Assembly (NCBI GenBank): GCA_043228905.1
Contig: JBHGNT010000004.1
Coordinates: 4,092,001 to 4,156,000, forward strand
DNA from: Azolla caroliniana
Taxonomy: Eukaryota > Plantae > Polypodiophyta
Length of the DNA stretch: 64,000 nt
Direction of reading: 5' to 3'
The notes below the pieces were generated by a model. The model did not search any database. It saw only the letters and a program-made list of their open reading frames with translations, and had not been told where the DNA came from. Position 1 is the first letter of the stretch; every line of letters starts with the position of its first letter. This document shows, piece by piece, positions 49,515 through 63,280 of the stretch. Position numbers and translations under genes: made by a program.

Positions 49515-49731
49515 GTACATAATATACTTGAATGCATGGGCAAACATTCTTTTCCATACGAATGCGCATGTTACCAATACATTCTTATGATTTTTTTTAA
49601 CACTTTCTACCTTAACTTTCTCACCTTAAAAAAAAAACTTTATAACAAATAATGAATACAAAAGTATGGTATTTACCATGCTTCAAGGGTGTTTACCATA
49701 CTCGAATGCACGTATGGTTCATACTATGGTA
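49515..49731. repeat. Dispersed non-coding repeat with palindromic core, copy B
   Basis: Same-orientation match to 46968-47255. Its end motif ACGTATGGTTCATACTATGGT also occurs at ~34942-34962. Confidence 0.85.
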
Positions 49732-49812
49732 CCCTTTACTAGATTATGTGTCAATGATAAGCAATCTCTCTTTCTTTCTCTCTTTTAAAAAAAAAAAAAG
49801 AATAATTTCATA

Positions 49813-50010
49813 ATTACCTTACCCTAGTGGTAAGTCACTTGCACTACCACTCTATATCTTGGGTTCAAAACCCAATTTTCACATCTCTCTATTACACTAT
49901 ATATATATATATATATCTTATTTCACTAGATGCCATTGTGGAATGTAGGGATTGAACCCATGACCACATGGTCTCCATTGGGCAACCTTACCAATTGAGC
50001 TACATCCATC
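49813..50010. mobile_element. ~200-bp element with two convergent tRNA-like heads, copy 2 (inverted relative to copy 1)
   Basis: Minus strand: GGATGTAGCTCAATTGGTAAGG...CATGGGTTCAATCCC. Plus strand: CCTTACCCTAGTGGTAAG...TTGGGTTCAAAACCC. A (TA)n tract lies between them. Confidence 0.7.
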
Positions 50011-52059
50011 TACGTTCTTTCTCTCTATGTGTGTATGTATGTATATATATAGCCACATAGCCACACCAACTCATCCACAAAGAACAATCACAACTTTCTT
50101 TAGCCCCATCACTCCTAGTGATGCTACGAGTCAATTGAGGACTACACAAAAATGGGATCCCGAGTCCCAATTAGGACATAACAAAGGGGTTACAATAGAT
50201 CGGGCAATAGCAAATTGTTGTGCACGTAGGCCTCAACCCCATGGACCATAATCGCACCACTGTTGTCATTGACAAATAAAGGCCTTTATCTCCCACCATA
50301 GCATGTGCTTCCCTGGCTTCGAACCTCTCCATTTTGGATAGACCTATGCTAGAGATCTTTCGAAGACAAAGTCCCAAATTACAATATGTATATCTAACTT
50401 CAGAATCTTACATGTGTGGATAACAAAGATTCTTTAGTCTCTTTTATCTTATTTGCTTTTATGTTTACTTAATAACATTTATTTTATTTTGATTTGTTAT
50501 TCTCAAAGGCAAGACAACACCTAAGATGGTCTTATAGGTCACTTTGGCCTCTTAAAAGACGTTAATGTATCTCTCTATCTCTCTAGTCGAATAATTTAAT
50601 AATCACATTCTTAATCCATGCTTCTTCAATAATGTTTTAACTTCACAATTAATTGGATGCATTGGTACTCATTTGTCCTTATATTTCCTTTTCCCATGCT
50701 TTGTTGGCTACAATGACAACATGGCACCATCATACCATCAATTTCCCCAATGCTCTTAGTTGTTTGCTCATCCCACATCCTTTGCTCTCAAACTTCTTCC
50801 TCCGACTAGGTATATTCTATGCATTACAAGAATGAAGCATGTTTCCTTTATATTGTTACTCATAAAATTGTGCATCCCACCCACACAACATTCAGAATGG
50901 TGGATTTTAAACGTTTCCCAATAAGTTAAGTATGGTGGCCCCTACCAAAGGACGTAAACCACAAAATAATGGATCTTTACATCTCCCTCGTGGCCCAGAG
51001 GATATTGTGCACATCCAAATAGGGAATATCGTAAAACATATTGGCCCATTAGTGCCTAAGCCTAGTATTGGGCTAGGTTGAAACACTAGAAATCTCCTAG
51101 GGATACTCCAAGCATTATATGGTTTGTTAGGACTATGTAATGTAGTAACCAAGCTTGGAAGAGGAGTAACAGAGTAATAGTGAATAAGAGAGATAAGAGG
51201 TTGATTTATACAATACGTGCAATAAGAGAGATAAGTGTGTGTGGTGGCTTTTTTCTTTTTGAGGGTGGGCAATGTATGAGTGCATATATGTAAGGTGTCA
51301 TGTTATAGAGAGCCTCATAAGTACAGGTCTTATGAAAGGAAACATCATGAAAATTTATCAAAGTAAGTGGCTTTTATGGGAAATTATGTGTAAGGTCATC
51401 ACCGATAAACAAGATAAAATGTAGAAGAGAATAAGAAAAAAAGTGAGAAAAAAAATAGGAGAATGTAATTACATTAATGTGAAGACCAAGACTACAAGAA
51501 CATGCCAAAGACCATCATTGAACCATAGTGGTTAATCAATGACTAAAGCATATGTTTGCATAGCATGGATAAACTCGTGCATGCTCTCCATGTCACATGC
51601 ATGCATGATTGCCACTTGGCTAAACATGGTTTCATCTACTAATTAAATGTTTAATATAAGAATGGTTAAATCTCAAGCATAAAAGGGAATAACTTTAGAC
51701 TAAGAGTATATAATGAAGTTGAAGGCAACTTTTCTACTACTCTTACAAAGCTGCCTTCAAGCCATTTCACATTGGTGTTAATACAAGGCCCTTTTACTCT
51801 AGTGTCCAAGTGTGTAAGTGATACTCTCTATATCTATGCTATTACATTCATTAAGCGTTACGTGAATACCGCATAAAAGATGTAGAGATTGAGTATTTAA
51901 CATTTTCTCAAAACTTCAGGGCAATATGTCTAAAAGCATGCCATTGATACAAGGGAATCATTTCATAATCACAAGTCTCACCCAACGACAAACATATAAG
52001 GCCATCGACAATAGGAGTAGAAAGTAACCCAAGAGATAGTCAGAGGACCGTAAGATGGC

Positions 52060-52470
52060 AAAATATTTAGAACCAAGAGGTCCATGAAGAATGTATTGCA
52101 ATAAACATTATTTTGTAATCAACATGATGATTGTTAGTGTAAAATATAATGAGGATTGGCGTTATATGGTCTAAATATTGCATGCTATGTGTAAGAGTGT
52201 CTTCATGGATGCATCCTACTCTAGCGAGCTCCATTGTGTCTATACATAGGGAGAGAGGACCACAAAATGGGAAAATATTTATAACCAAGAGCTACATGAA
52301 GAATGTATCGTGATAAACATTATTTTGCAATTAGCAGGATGGCTCTTAATGTAAAATATAATTAGGATTGGTGTTATGTGCTCTAAATATTGTATGATGT
52401 GTAAGAGCCTCTTTGTGGAGGCATCCTACTCTTATGAGCTCCATTCTATCTATACATAGAGGGAGAGATA
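52060..52470. repeat. Old ~212-bp tandem duplication
   Basis: AAAATATTTA.AACCAAGAG...GCATCCTACTCT...GAGCTCCATT..TCTATACATAG occurs twice and the copies are diverged. Confidence 0.85.
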
Positions 52471-55400
52471 GAGAGATGCAAGTAGTATGAAAGTATGGTT
52501 GTTAGGCTCAATCTATCGACCTAACATAGAGATATATCAAAATTTCCTTTCAACAAATGACATGTTCTTGTTAGCTTCAACCAAGTGGGCAACATAGGTC
52601 ATGGATTAATTATCTTCTTTAAGTCCCCTTCAAACATATGAAAATTAGCCCTACAACGGAGATGATGAAGTAGACACTAATATACATATTTTATTTACTT
52701 TTTCTTTCTTATTATCTTGTGAATTTAGCACTGTGTTTTTGCTTTGGGTTTGGCATATAGAATAAAGTTTCTATGTTTCATCGTCATATTCTTTTCTCAC
52801 GTTCTTCGATTCTTCATCTTATCTATTTTTCTTTGCATGTTTAAATCAACGTGATCTTCAATACAAAGGTAACAACACAATATGTCAACCGGATGAATTA
52901 AACGAAGCATATTTCTTCCTAAACCGGCTAATTTCTTCCTAAATCATATTTCTTCCTATATGAGGCTTGGCTCTTGTACATATGATACCTCCCATATAGA
53001 GCTCTTCCTAACTAATGGGTAGCATTTTTTTTGGAAAAAGGAAGAAGAAGAAGATGTCAACCATAGGTGATGCCCATGTTTAGTTTTGTAAACAAAACTT
53101 AGTAAGTCAGTCGGGTCATGGTACTTAACACAATTTCCTCATACATGCACATAAATAATCTTTAGCCATTCTCTCCTCTGATCATGTTGTCCAAATTATG
53201 ATCTCCAAGTTTTCTACATGGACCTTCACGGACCTCAACCTGCCTCAATCTCCACAACTACAACCCTTGTCCCTTTGTCTACAACTCGAGAAACTCCCTA
53301 CCCACACCATCCAAACCATCACCAAACACCCCACCCTTGAAAGCCACTCATTGGCATCCAATGTAGGTTTGAGACTTTTATTATAAGCAAAGCTATGCAT
53401 AATTAGACTTTGTGGTGGATTCAATTAAAACATCTAGAGCCATACTTATTCTAAAACCAATAGATTCTCAAGTAGTTAGGTGCCTGAAAACTTTTATTTA
53501 CGCAATGGCTCAACTCCATTGGTAACTAAGTAGGGTGGATGTCCCTTTATCACCATTTAGGCAAATAATTGGGAGTTAGTCATACAAACCTTTGTTGGAG
53601 TAACAAAGAAAAGCATGATGGTAACTCTTGTGAGATTTGAGAATCCCCATTGGAGTTCTCTTTTTGTATCACTGTTTGGTCCATATAGATTTGTGAAGGG
53701 CATTATTCAAAGTCAAATGAGGTGCTCACTATGTCGATAAGACGAGCATGTGCTAAGATTTTGATATACAACAGTACAATACAATGTTAGTCCCCATCAC
53801 AAATACATATGACCTAAACTAATGGAATAACTACAATCATTACCCTTGTGCCATCACTAGAAGCATTGAATATGTTGTTTGATTTGGCAATTTAAGAGAG
53901 GTAGCATAACATGATTATACCATGGTTCTACTATGATCTCATAACATCTACAAACTTCTCCTTTCTCCTTCATGCGTTTAGGCTCATGATATGCTCTCTA
54001 CGGGATAGTGGAAGGAAGGATTTACAAAACTTTGGAAATCGGGTTTACTAGTGTAACAAGCATAGATAGGACTTGAGGTACTATATATACATATAGGAGA
54101 AGCCTCAATGTTGTAAACCATTGTTGATCAACGCTAGTCTTTAGCTAAATCATGTACCTTTTGTCTATAAATCACTTAGACAAAAGAGAAATGACTCATT
54201 CTCTATATGAGGAATGTCATAGAGTATTAGCAACAAAACTTGTTTAGAACTTGTTCATCAATAAAAAGTCAACATGCACCAATCGAAAGGAAATATGAGT
54301 CATGTTTCCAAACATGTGGTTTGGGATTATTTTTGGGTTATTTGCCTTTTTGCCTTTTTCCTAGAGGGTGATTCCAACCCCCGCCCCCCAACAAAAAAAG
54401 GATCAGGTTATGGACCATTTGGACAAGTCAACATTATTAGATATTTGGTCAACCATCTATTGTTAGCTTTCATTTTTCAAAGTCCTCTTTGAAATTCATC
54501 TATGTATATTTGTACTTTATTGTGAGTGATTTGATCATTGAAATTTCACATATATTTTTGTGTTTTTTTATTTTACATTGAGGTTTCCCACCAATAATAC
54601 ATGTATTGCTAAAAAAAGATGATTCGGATTTCATGTTTATTGTGTTGTAGTTTCTTTCTTCATTTGTTGTAGGCACTTGACATATATAGAGTGGTTGCAT
54701 AAAATTCCAACATTCATGCAAAAAAATGTCCTTTTACTAGTATTAGTTGTTCATAAATTACGACGAGGTTTACATATGCTCCAGGAATTCATGTGCTTCA
54801 TATTTCTAGAGTTCAATTAGTTTATTCAAACTAGTTACTCTCCCCTCATATTGTTAGCTCGAAGGTTCCTAAGATTAGAATACTTTGCTTGTTCCATAGG
54901 TTGAATACTCCAACATCGTCAAAACGTATAAACACCATATTTCATATCATGCTAAAAGCCTTCTCAAAGTGATTTCCTTCATCTATATCCATTCAAAATG
55001 CACCTCTTTCTTACAACTCTTATGGACTTTCCGAAACTAAAGGATCTCTACAATAAAATACAGGGGTATATTTAAATTTTACACACACACACCCCTTTTC
55101 GAAATGGCCACACAACTAATAATTGTAGCATGTAGGATTCTTAATACACACACTACAAATCATTGTCTAAGCATGCCATTTTATCATCCAACTTCATGCT
55201 AAGATGTTCACACACACTAATAAACCATTACCATGGAATTCTCATGATGCAAATTAGACAATCAATATTGTGCACGACCAATATTAAATACACAAACCAC
55301 ATTATATCACACTCTTGATATAATGCAATAATAAATAATTACGTACAAAAAGTGATATATCATAGAACAACCAATATAACAAGTTCACAAAAGCAATGAC

Positions 55401-55750
55401 ATAAAGAAAGGTGACAATCGATGTTTTAAAATTGTGAAAGTAGGCAACCATGATGCATGCAATGCTATCAACATACTATGACTTAAATTCTCGTTAGGCA
55501 CTTTTTTAGACGATTAGAGAGTCTTCCACCTCCTCCCTCAACACACACCAAATCCCTAATGAGTTCTACTAGCTTGCTGTGAAGGAGTGATTTAAAAGTG
55601 AGCCATCAAGATTTGATATATAATAATTTACAATAGAAAAAAATAAAATCTATCGTTACTTAATTTGAGGGCTTAGATTCTCAGAGTGACTTAGAAGTTG
55701 TCCCAAAGGTTCAACATAGATCATTCACAAAAGCTGAAGGTTGGGAGAGG

Positions 55751-57327
55751 TGATGATAATATCATGCAAGCGGCTAGTCACATGTGTACAATAATGGTAT
55801 ACTGGAGGGGGGGGGGGGTGTACGCCATACGCCATGAAGGTGTGAGCAAACCGGTGCTCATGTGCGGAGATGACATGGGCATTTCTCCATCTCTCTCTCT
55901 CTCTCGAGGCTCACAAGTCACGCTTCACACATTATACTACACATGTTGCACCTAACTACAAATTTACCATATTCTTCGCGGAAAGAGGAAACCGTACACA
56001 TCGATACATGTTAGAGCCCATCTCGTTGTCAGCCATTCGAACCATTGCTTCCATGCGACTTAGCTCACATGCATTGCAATGTGAGAGGGGGTGTTGGGGG
56101 TACAAGTGATGAAAGTGGTCGACTATGCACACATTGCCCTAAACAAGTTCGAAAGTTTGAGCAATCACACTTTGATACAAGGCTTTCATATTCCACACAT
56201 CTTTCGAGTATCACACTTTGATACATTGAGCTCTGCCCTCTGATCAGATTCGAGCATGCTTTCCACACATCTTTGACCAAGCCCAATCCTTGCACGAATT
56301 TCTCTCGCAACCACAATGTGCGCTCTCGATCGCAATACTCTCGAGAGTATGTCTCTCTTGCGAGTGGGACAAGCAGGAAGAGAGTAGTGGAGTGGCATGT
56401 GAAAACATACCCCCCACCTAATGTGTGAATCGTGATGGATGGGATGAATGTTATTATGGGAGAGAGGGTTGGTTGGTTAGTTGGGTTANNNNNNNNNNNN
56501 NNNNNNNNNNNNNNNNNNNNNNNNNNNNNNNNNNNNNNNNNNNNNNNNNNNNNNNNNNNNNNNNNNNNNNNNNNNNNNNNNNNNNNNNATGATGATAATA
56601 TCATGCAAGCGGCTAGTCACATGTGTACAATAATGGTATACTGGAGGGGGGGGGGGGTGTACGCCATACACCACGAAGGTGTGAGCAAACCGGTGCTCAT
56701 GTGCGGAGATGACATGGGCATTTCTCCATCTCTCTCTCTCTCTCGAGGCTCACAAGTCACGCTTCACACATTATACTACACATGTTGCACCTAACTACAA
56801 ATTTACCATATTCTTCGCGGAAAGAGGAAACCGTACACATCGATACATGTTAGAGCCCATCTCGTTGTCAGCCATTCGAACCATTGCTTCCATGCGACTT
56901 AGCTCACATGCATTGCAATGTGAGAGGGGGTGTTGGGGGTACAAGTGATGAAAGTGGTCGACTATGCACACATTGCCCTAAACAAGTTCGAAAGTTTGAG
57001 CAATCACACTTTGATACAAGGCTTTCATATTCCACACATCTTTCGAGTATCACACTTTGATACATTGAGCTCTGCCCTCTGATCAGATTCGAGCATGCTT
57101 TCCACACATCTTTGACCAAGCCCAATCCTTGCACGAATTTCTCTCGCAACCACAATGTGCGCTCTCGATCGCAATACTCTCGAGAGTATGTCTCTCTTGC
57201 GAGTGGGACAAGCAGGAAGAGAGTAGTGGAGTGGCATGTGAAAACATACCCCCCACCTAATGTGTGAATCGTGATGGATGGGATGAATGTTATTATGGGA
57301 GAGAGGGTTGGTTGGTTAGTTGGGTTA
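55751..57327. other. 100-N scaffold gap (56489-56588) flanked by a 738-bp near-identical direct duplication; probable assembly overlap
   Basis: 55751-56488 matches 56590-57327 except for two substitutions I could see. Both copies end or start at the gap. Confidence 0.9.
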
Positions 57328-57577
57328 AAAACAAAAAACAAAGGTCCCACGTTAAGTAAGAAATTTTGAATTTACTCTATAATTAAAGTTGTTTTTTATA
57401 TGTATCTTCTTATTTCTCCTCTTTGCCTTTTTTTGCCTTTGAATTTTGCGTTGCCTGCTTGTCAGTCCCACACGAGCTCATTCACACAATTGGCGATGGC
57501 GTCTCAATGCACAGACCATTCAACACGAATGATCGCCATCGTCGTCGGCCCCCCCGCCTGATCGGTACCTCCTACTC

Positions 57578-57608
<31 letters not shown>

Positions 57609-57816
57609 TTTCTTCCTTACGCAGAATCAGGCGGCATAATCTTTACCCATGGCAGACAGCGAAGGGAGAAATCCTTGGCGCTGCTCAGCTACGTAGAGCA
57701 GATTCCGCTCGTAGTTGAGAGTTCAGATTCAGAGCCAGGGACCGAGAGAAATGAAGACATAGGGTGCGCGCGCGAGAGAGAGAGAGAGAAAGAGAGAGAG
57801 GACGGAAGAGAGAAAT

Positions 57817-60559
57817 ATGGAGAAACCGATATTTCATGTACAACATAAAAGGAAGATTCTGTATGTCTTTCTTGTTGGAGGCAGCTTTGTTTTTGCAGGG
57901 GGCAGACTTCTTCGCAAGAAAATCAAAGCGTTTCAATCAGAACAGAAGTCATTATGTGAATCTTCTCATAATCTTGCGCTCTCTACATCTGCTAGCCCTA
58001 AGGTACTTTTCTATCTCTATAGTCTTTGGGAATTAACCACTTTTGAGAAATATCACAGAGAAAAGAAACCACTAAGATTTGCCATGATTATTTATGACAG
58101 TCATTGGAACAGCACTTTTTTGCGTCATCCATCCAAATTATTGGAATTCAATCCTGTTTCAGACCATATATTAATTTAAATGTTTGCTTTATCCTTTGAA
58201 ATAATTGAAATTCAATTCTTCGTCTAACCATGTGCTGAATTCAAATGTTTGCTTCATCCATTGCATAATCAAATTTCTAACTATGAACTAAATTCAAATA
58301 TCTGCTTTGTTTATCATAACAGTTGAATTCAAGTGTTTTTCCAAGACATGTGTTAAAATTTTCTTTCACATGTTACATATGTAAGTACTGTTTCATTATT
58401 CATGTAGCATGAAATTCAATGATATGGCCAGTATATATGTGGCATTTGCAATGATCATACTCACATGGTAAATTCCCTTTTTTCATGTGCCGTATGTAAG
58501 CACCGCTGTAGCCATTGCTTTTGATATGACAAAATTATCATTTAAAATCCATTAGGTTGTGAAATTATGCCAGTCTTTTTATCTGGACGTGTTGTGGACT
58601 AATGTATTGCTTGATGCAGATTGCGGTAGATGCCATCTTTGCTAGGAGACTATTGGAAATTTTGAAGATTTGCGTGCCCTCCATATGGTCAAAGGAAGCA
58701 TTTCAAGTTGCGATACAAACGTGTCTCTTGTACAGCCGTACATTACTCACAGGTTGGTTGGTATAATTGTACAATTTTATTTTGTGGACTTATGCGTCTG
58801 AATTATTCCCATGTTTGATTGTATGGCATAGAAAGGATTGCGTTGGTGGAAGGAAAAGCTGGCCAAGGAGTGGTCTCAAAGGTAAAAATATCCTGCAACA
58901 TGTGCTGATACCCCTCAGAGTCCCCTTCAAAGAATGAGACCTGGAAAAAACTACCATTTAAACTAGAGAAGACGCTGATGTATGCCTGAAGTTTTCGTTA
59001 TTTTGCCAAATGCCCTTGGTCAACCCCTTGTAAGCAATGATATGTGCTATTAGCAATTGAGTGGTCAATTGATCCTCTCTTTCTCTGTTTAAGGGGGTTG
59101 AACAAGGGATTGTTGAAATAACGAAAACTAAGGGGTATTTAAGGAAATATATTGGTGCCATTCTGAGTTTTCCCCTAAACTATTGAACACTTAATATGTT
59201 AATGATAGGTAGAATTGGAATGTGATTCTATATAGTCTAACTTTGACTGTCCAAACTTGAACAATGATGTTTCAGTCATAAGTTTGTGCCAGTGTTTCTG
59301 TAGGTGTGCATATATTGGTTTTCCATCTCTAATTTTTTTGTCTTACACTAGGACTGGTCGGACTTTTCCTCCAATCTTGTGAATTTTGCTTGTGCTGCAA
59401 TACCAGCTGCAATAGTGAATAGTGGCTTGAAGTATATGCAGGTATATTTTTTGTGTTTGCATACATACCTCACTATTTCTTTTGGTCTCCAGGAATTCCA
59501 TGTTTGCAAGTTTCTGCATTTTGTTTTTCAACCATTTGAAAGGACCGAATATATTGATCCAACAGTATTAGGAAATTTGAAATGCAAGTATCACAAGTTA
59601 TTTCTCTTAGTAAAATTGAAGAATTACGCTATAGTACTTTGGATTTAAAGTTTTTTTGAGTTTATGAAGCTATGAGATGCTTGATGATGTGTTATTATGT
59701 AGGTTCCTGATGGGTTTGTATGCAAGACTGATGTTTTTGGAAAGAAATAAGTAGACCTAAACATAGATTGAGTCAATGGCTTCCTGTTGTAAGGGGGGCC
59801 ATATGGTTGATGACGTTACAGACATGTCAAAGCATTCACATTAACTTTATGATTATCTCACAGGCTATTATAAGCCTTTCACTTCAGCAAAGGCTCACCC
59901 AGCACCTACACAAATTTTATCTCAGCAATCGTGTTTATTATGCTGCATCAGTCCTTGGGGGTCTTTCAAACCCAGATCAGGTGAGTGTTAAGTTCTTGAT
60001 CTGTATTTCCTTTGATTTGTTTTTGCATGTTTGGATATCTAATTCTGCATTTATGTGTATTCTTGCTTCCCTTGCCTATTCATTTGTAACTCATCTGCCT
60101 ACACACATGAATTTAGAAATATAAAACCTTCCATATGACATCATTTCCACGTTACACTTTGTTACATACAACCATCTCATTGGTTGAAGGTTTCTTTTGG
60201 CAGCGTATTACGGAAGATATTGCCAAATTTTCTTCATCAATCAGTGAACTGTATTCATACACATTCAAACCAGTCCTTGACATCATCTTCTTCACTCGCT
60301 CTCTCGCCAAAACGATTGGGTAAGAACATATTCTGAACTATTTGGTTTAAATGTTATTGCTTTTTACTATGTTAAGAAATATATGGTGTTTTATGCTTGA
60401 TGCATGTACTTCTTTACTTGACAGATACAAGGGTCAGTTTCTTCTTTATGGGTACTTCCTTTTTTGCTCTGTATTCTTGAGGGCAATTAGTCCACCCCTT
60501 GCACTTATGACAACGCAAGAAGCAGCATTGTCAGGGAATTTCAGGAATGCTCACCAGCG
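57817..60559 (+). CDS. ABC transporter subfamily D (peroxisomal PMP70/ALDP-like), 5' part only. Exons 57817-58002, 58620-58752, 58832-58881, 59352-59441, 59864-59980, 60204-60319, 60425-60559; remainder presumably beyond the window
   Basis: IAVDAIFARRLLEILKICVP...SRTLLT...AIPAAIVNSGLKY...RLTQHLHKFYLSNRVYY...LSNPDQ|RITEDIAKF...YSYTFKPVLDI...QEAALSGNFRNAHQR is an ABC_membrane_2-type domain. The GT-AG joins are in frame. Confidence 0.9.
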
Positions 60560-61140
60560 GTAAGTATGAAAGAATATCATTTGTTTCACTCGTAAGGAAA
60601 ACCTTTCATATATTGCTGTTGATGGTTACGAGGATACAATTTGGAGCATTTCAATTAGAAAGATTAAACATAATTATCTAAAAGTGCTTAAATAACATTA
60701 AAAACATTGAAGCAGCATTTCTGGCTGCCAGGAGGGATAATATCCCAGAGATTCCTATGTTACATATGAGTTTCTTATCCATTGCAAGTCATGAGCTGGT
60801 TATCTATGCATGTTTGATAAGCTTTGCAGCTGGAAAGTGATTTTTCGTATCAAATGAGATGGCTCTTTTGCATAGCAATATATCAATTCATGAATCTGTA
60901 GATTGCTTGGTACGAACTCTAACAAAATGTTCTGAAATGATGAACTAGTATATTGAAAGTGCATTTACAACCTGATTGCATACATCATACATATCTCATG
61001 ATGAATGTGCATGGGGCTTTAATTCCATGATTTCTGGGAAGTATGTTTCAAGTGAATGCTACATACTTCTTTTTTCTTTTTTCTCCCTTACAACCTTAGG
61101 AACTTCAAATAATAATTTTTATTTTTTGAATCTACAGCTT

Positions 61141-61669
61141 TGAGAGAGTTGATGCACACTGCATCAGCATATCATGGTAGTAAAGGCATAGTAAGTGACA
61201 CTAGGTAGAAAAGATGCAAAGGATTGAACACCAGAAGTGAGGTTGAAAATGATGAGATTGAGGGGGCAAGCACATATGGATGTCAGATCACGTAAAAAAT
61301 GATAAAAATCGATGTAGGTGGTACTCCGTTGTTGTGGAAAGAGGGAAGAGGAGTAGAAGCATAGAGGCAGAAAGATTTGACAATAGAAAAATGATATTGA
61401 GTTATATATGATGGACTTAGAAGTGCTACATGAGTCCATTTATATAGTGGAATAGGATAGAATAGGATTTTTATCATTCATGAGGAGGCCAGATTTGACC
61501 TATGGGGGCAAATAAACATATTGTCTTGTGTGTGACTCCTTCATAAGAAAAAGGGGGTTACTACTTTGTGGTAAAAACTCTCTATGTAAACATAATGCAT
61601 GCACACAAGTGCTCACCCTTCTTGGTGGAGACTTGAGTAGGACTCTTAGATTATCATATCCCTCTAACA
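61141..61669 (-). mobile_element. Probable solo LTR in the ABCD intron
   Basis: Minus strand starts TGTTAGAGG, contains CTATATAAAT and ends CTCTCTCA. The TSD match is poor (AGCTT/AGTTA). Confidence 0.5.
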
Positions 61670-62215
61670 AGTTATCATACTTATGGTGAATTACCTTATA
61701 TGTTGGGCATGTGAGAAGTGATATCCATCCTCCACTAGCTTTTCATTGCATACCTTATCTTCATACTTTGGTGATGATGCCATGATGCAATAAGCTCAAA
61801 GAAGTGTTATATATGATGGACTTAGAAGTGCTACATGAGTCCACTTATATAGTGGAATAGGATAGAATAGGATTTTTATCATTCATGAGGGCCAAATTTG
61901 ACCTATGGGGCCAAATAAACATATCGTCTTGTGTGTGACTCCTTCATAAGAAAAAGGGGGTTACTACTTTGCGGTAAAAACTCTCTATGTAAACATAATG
62001 CATGCACACATGTGCCCACCCTTCTTGGTGGAGATTTGAGTATGACTCTTAAATTATCATATCCCTCTAACAAGTTATCATCCTTATGGTGAATTACCTT
62101 ATATGTTGGGCATGTGAGAAGTGATATCCATCCACCACTAGCTTTTCATTGCATACCTTGCATATCTTCTTACTTTGGTGATGATGCCATGATGCAACGC
62201 GCTCAAAGAAGTGTT
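61401..62215. repeat. ~405-bp direct tandem duplication spanning the LTR edge
   Basis: GTTATATATGATGGACTTAGAAG...GCTCAAAGAAGT starts at 61401 and again at 61806. Confidence 0.95.
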
Positions 62216-62444
62216 AAAGGATTTTCAGGAGCAAGGCTCATGGGAGTAGTAAGATGTGGTTGCATACATTCTATAACTTTTACCTTGTATTTGGGCCAAC
62301 GTTGGGGGTTAACATTTGCAATGTAAAATTCCAATTTTGACATTTTAGCATCTTGTCACTTCATCCTTAATGCATGTAGTAATCTATCCTTAATGATCGC
62401 ATAGTTCATAGCATCGCCTGAGAGCTCCAATCTATACTCCTTGG

Positions 62445-63040
62445 ATCAGTTCCATTATGGGCTACAATGATCTGAAGAATTCACTTTCCAAGAAAATCCA
62501 AATCATTGATGGAGGTTATTAGTCGAGCAATATGATGTATGAATTCCAAGCAAGCTTTGGGGATATAGATAGTGTTAGAACACTCAACAAGATAAAGTTT
62601 GAGATGTTGCCTCGACTTGGCTTATGCAACATATTTTCACCTCCTTGCATATGACATTTCCTTTTGGTGAAGAGGCATTAGTGAATCAATTTCACTATGG
62701 GCTAAACAATGATCTAAATAATTTATTCTCTCACTTTCCAAGAAACTCCAAAATCATTGACGAGGGCTATTAGTCGAGCAATACAATGTACGAATTCCAA
62801 GCAAACTTTGGGGATATGGATAGTCTTAGAACGATAGTCAACAAGATTCAAAGATTGTAAAAAGGAGATTGCCCCAATTCAGTTTATGCAACATATTTTC
62901 GCCTCCTTACATTTGGCATTCCTTGGTATGAAGAGACATTAGTGGATCAGTTCCTTTATGGGCTACACAATGATATGAAGAATACTTTTCCTCACTTCCC
63001 AAGAAAATCCAAAATCCTTGACGAGGGCTATTAGTATTAT
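62445..63040 (+). mobile_element. Three degenerate tandem copies of a gypsy gag-like fragment
   Basis: Units at ~62445, ~62685 and ~62945 resemble QF.YGL.ND.K...LTF.E.PKSLT.AISRAI.C, with stops and indels. Confidence 0.55.
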
Positions 63041-63238
63041 AGAAGGTATGTACATGGATGTGATAACTTAGAAAATGTATGTACATAGAATGTTTAAAAT
63101 TGTAGTATGTTGCTTTGTGCAATAAAGAAAAAGTAAGTTGCTAAAGTTGGAATGCCATGTGAAATCATGCAACCACACAATACAAGTACATTAAGTTTCT
63201 TCACTAATAGATTGAGATACCTTTAATCCCAACTTTTG

Positions 63239-63279
<41 letters not shown>

Positions 63280-63280
<1 letters not shown>

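Noticed and set aside
49950-50010. Functional tRNA gene
   Set aside because: A/B-box-like motifs are present, but I could not form a convincing acceptor and anticodon stem, and the sequence is part of a dispersed repeat.
55751-57327. 738-bp direct repeat and its duplicated ORFs as a real tandem duplication or LTR pair
   Set aside because: Both copies abut a round 100-N gap and are almost identical, which is typical of unmerged overlapping contig ends or haplotypes. The ORFs have no recognisable motifs.
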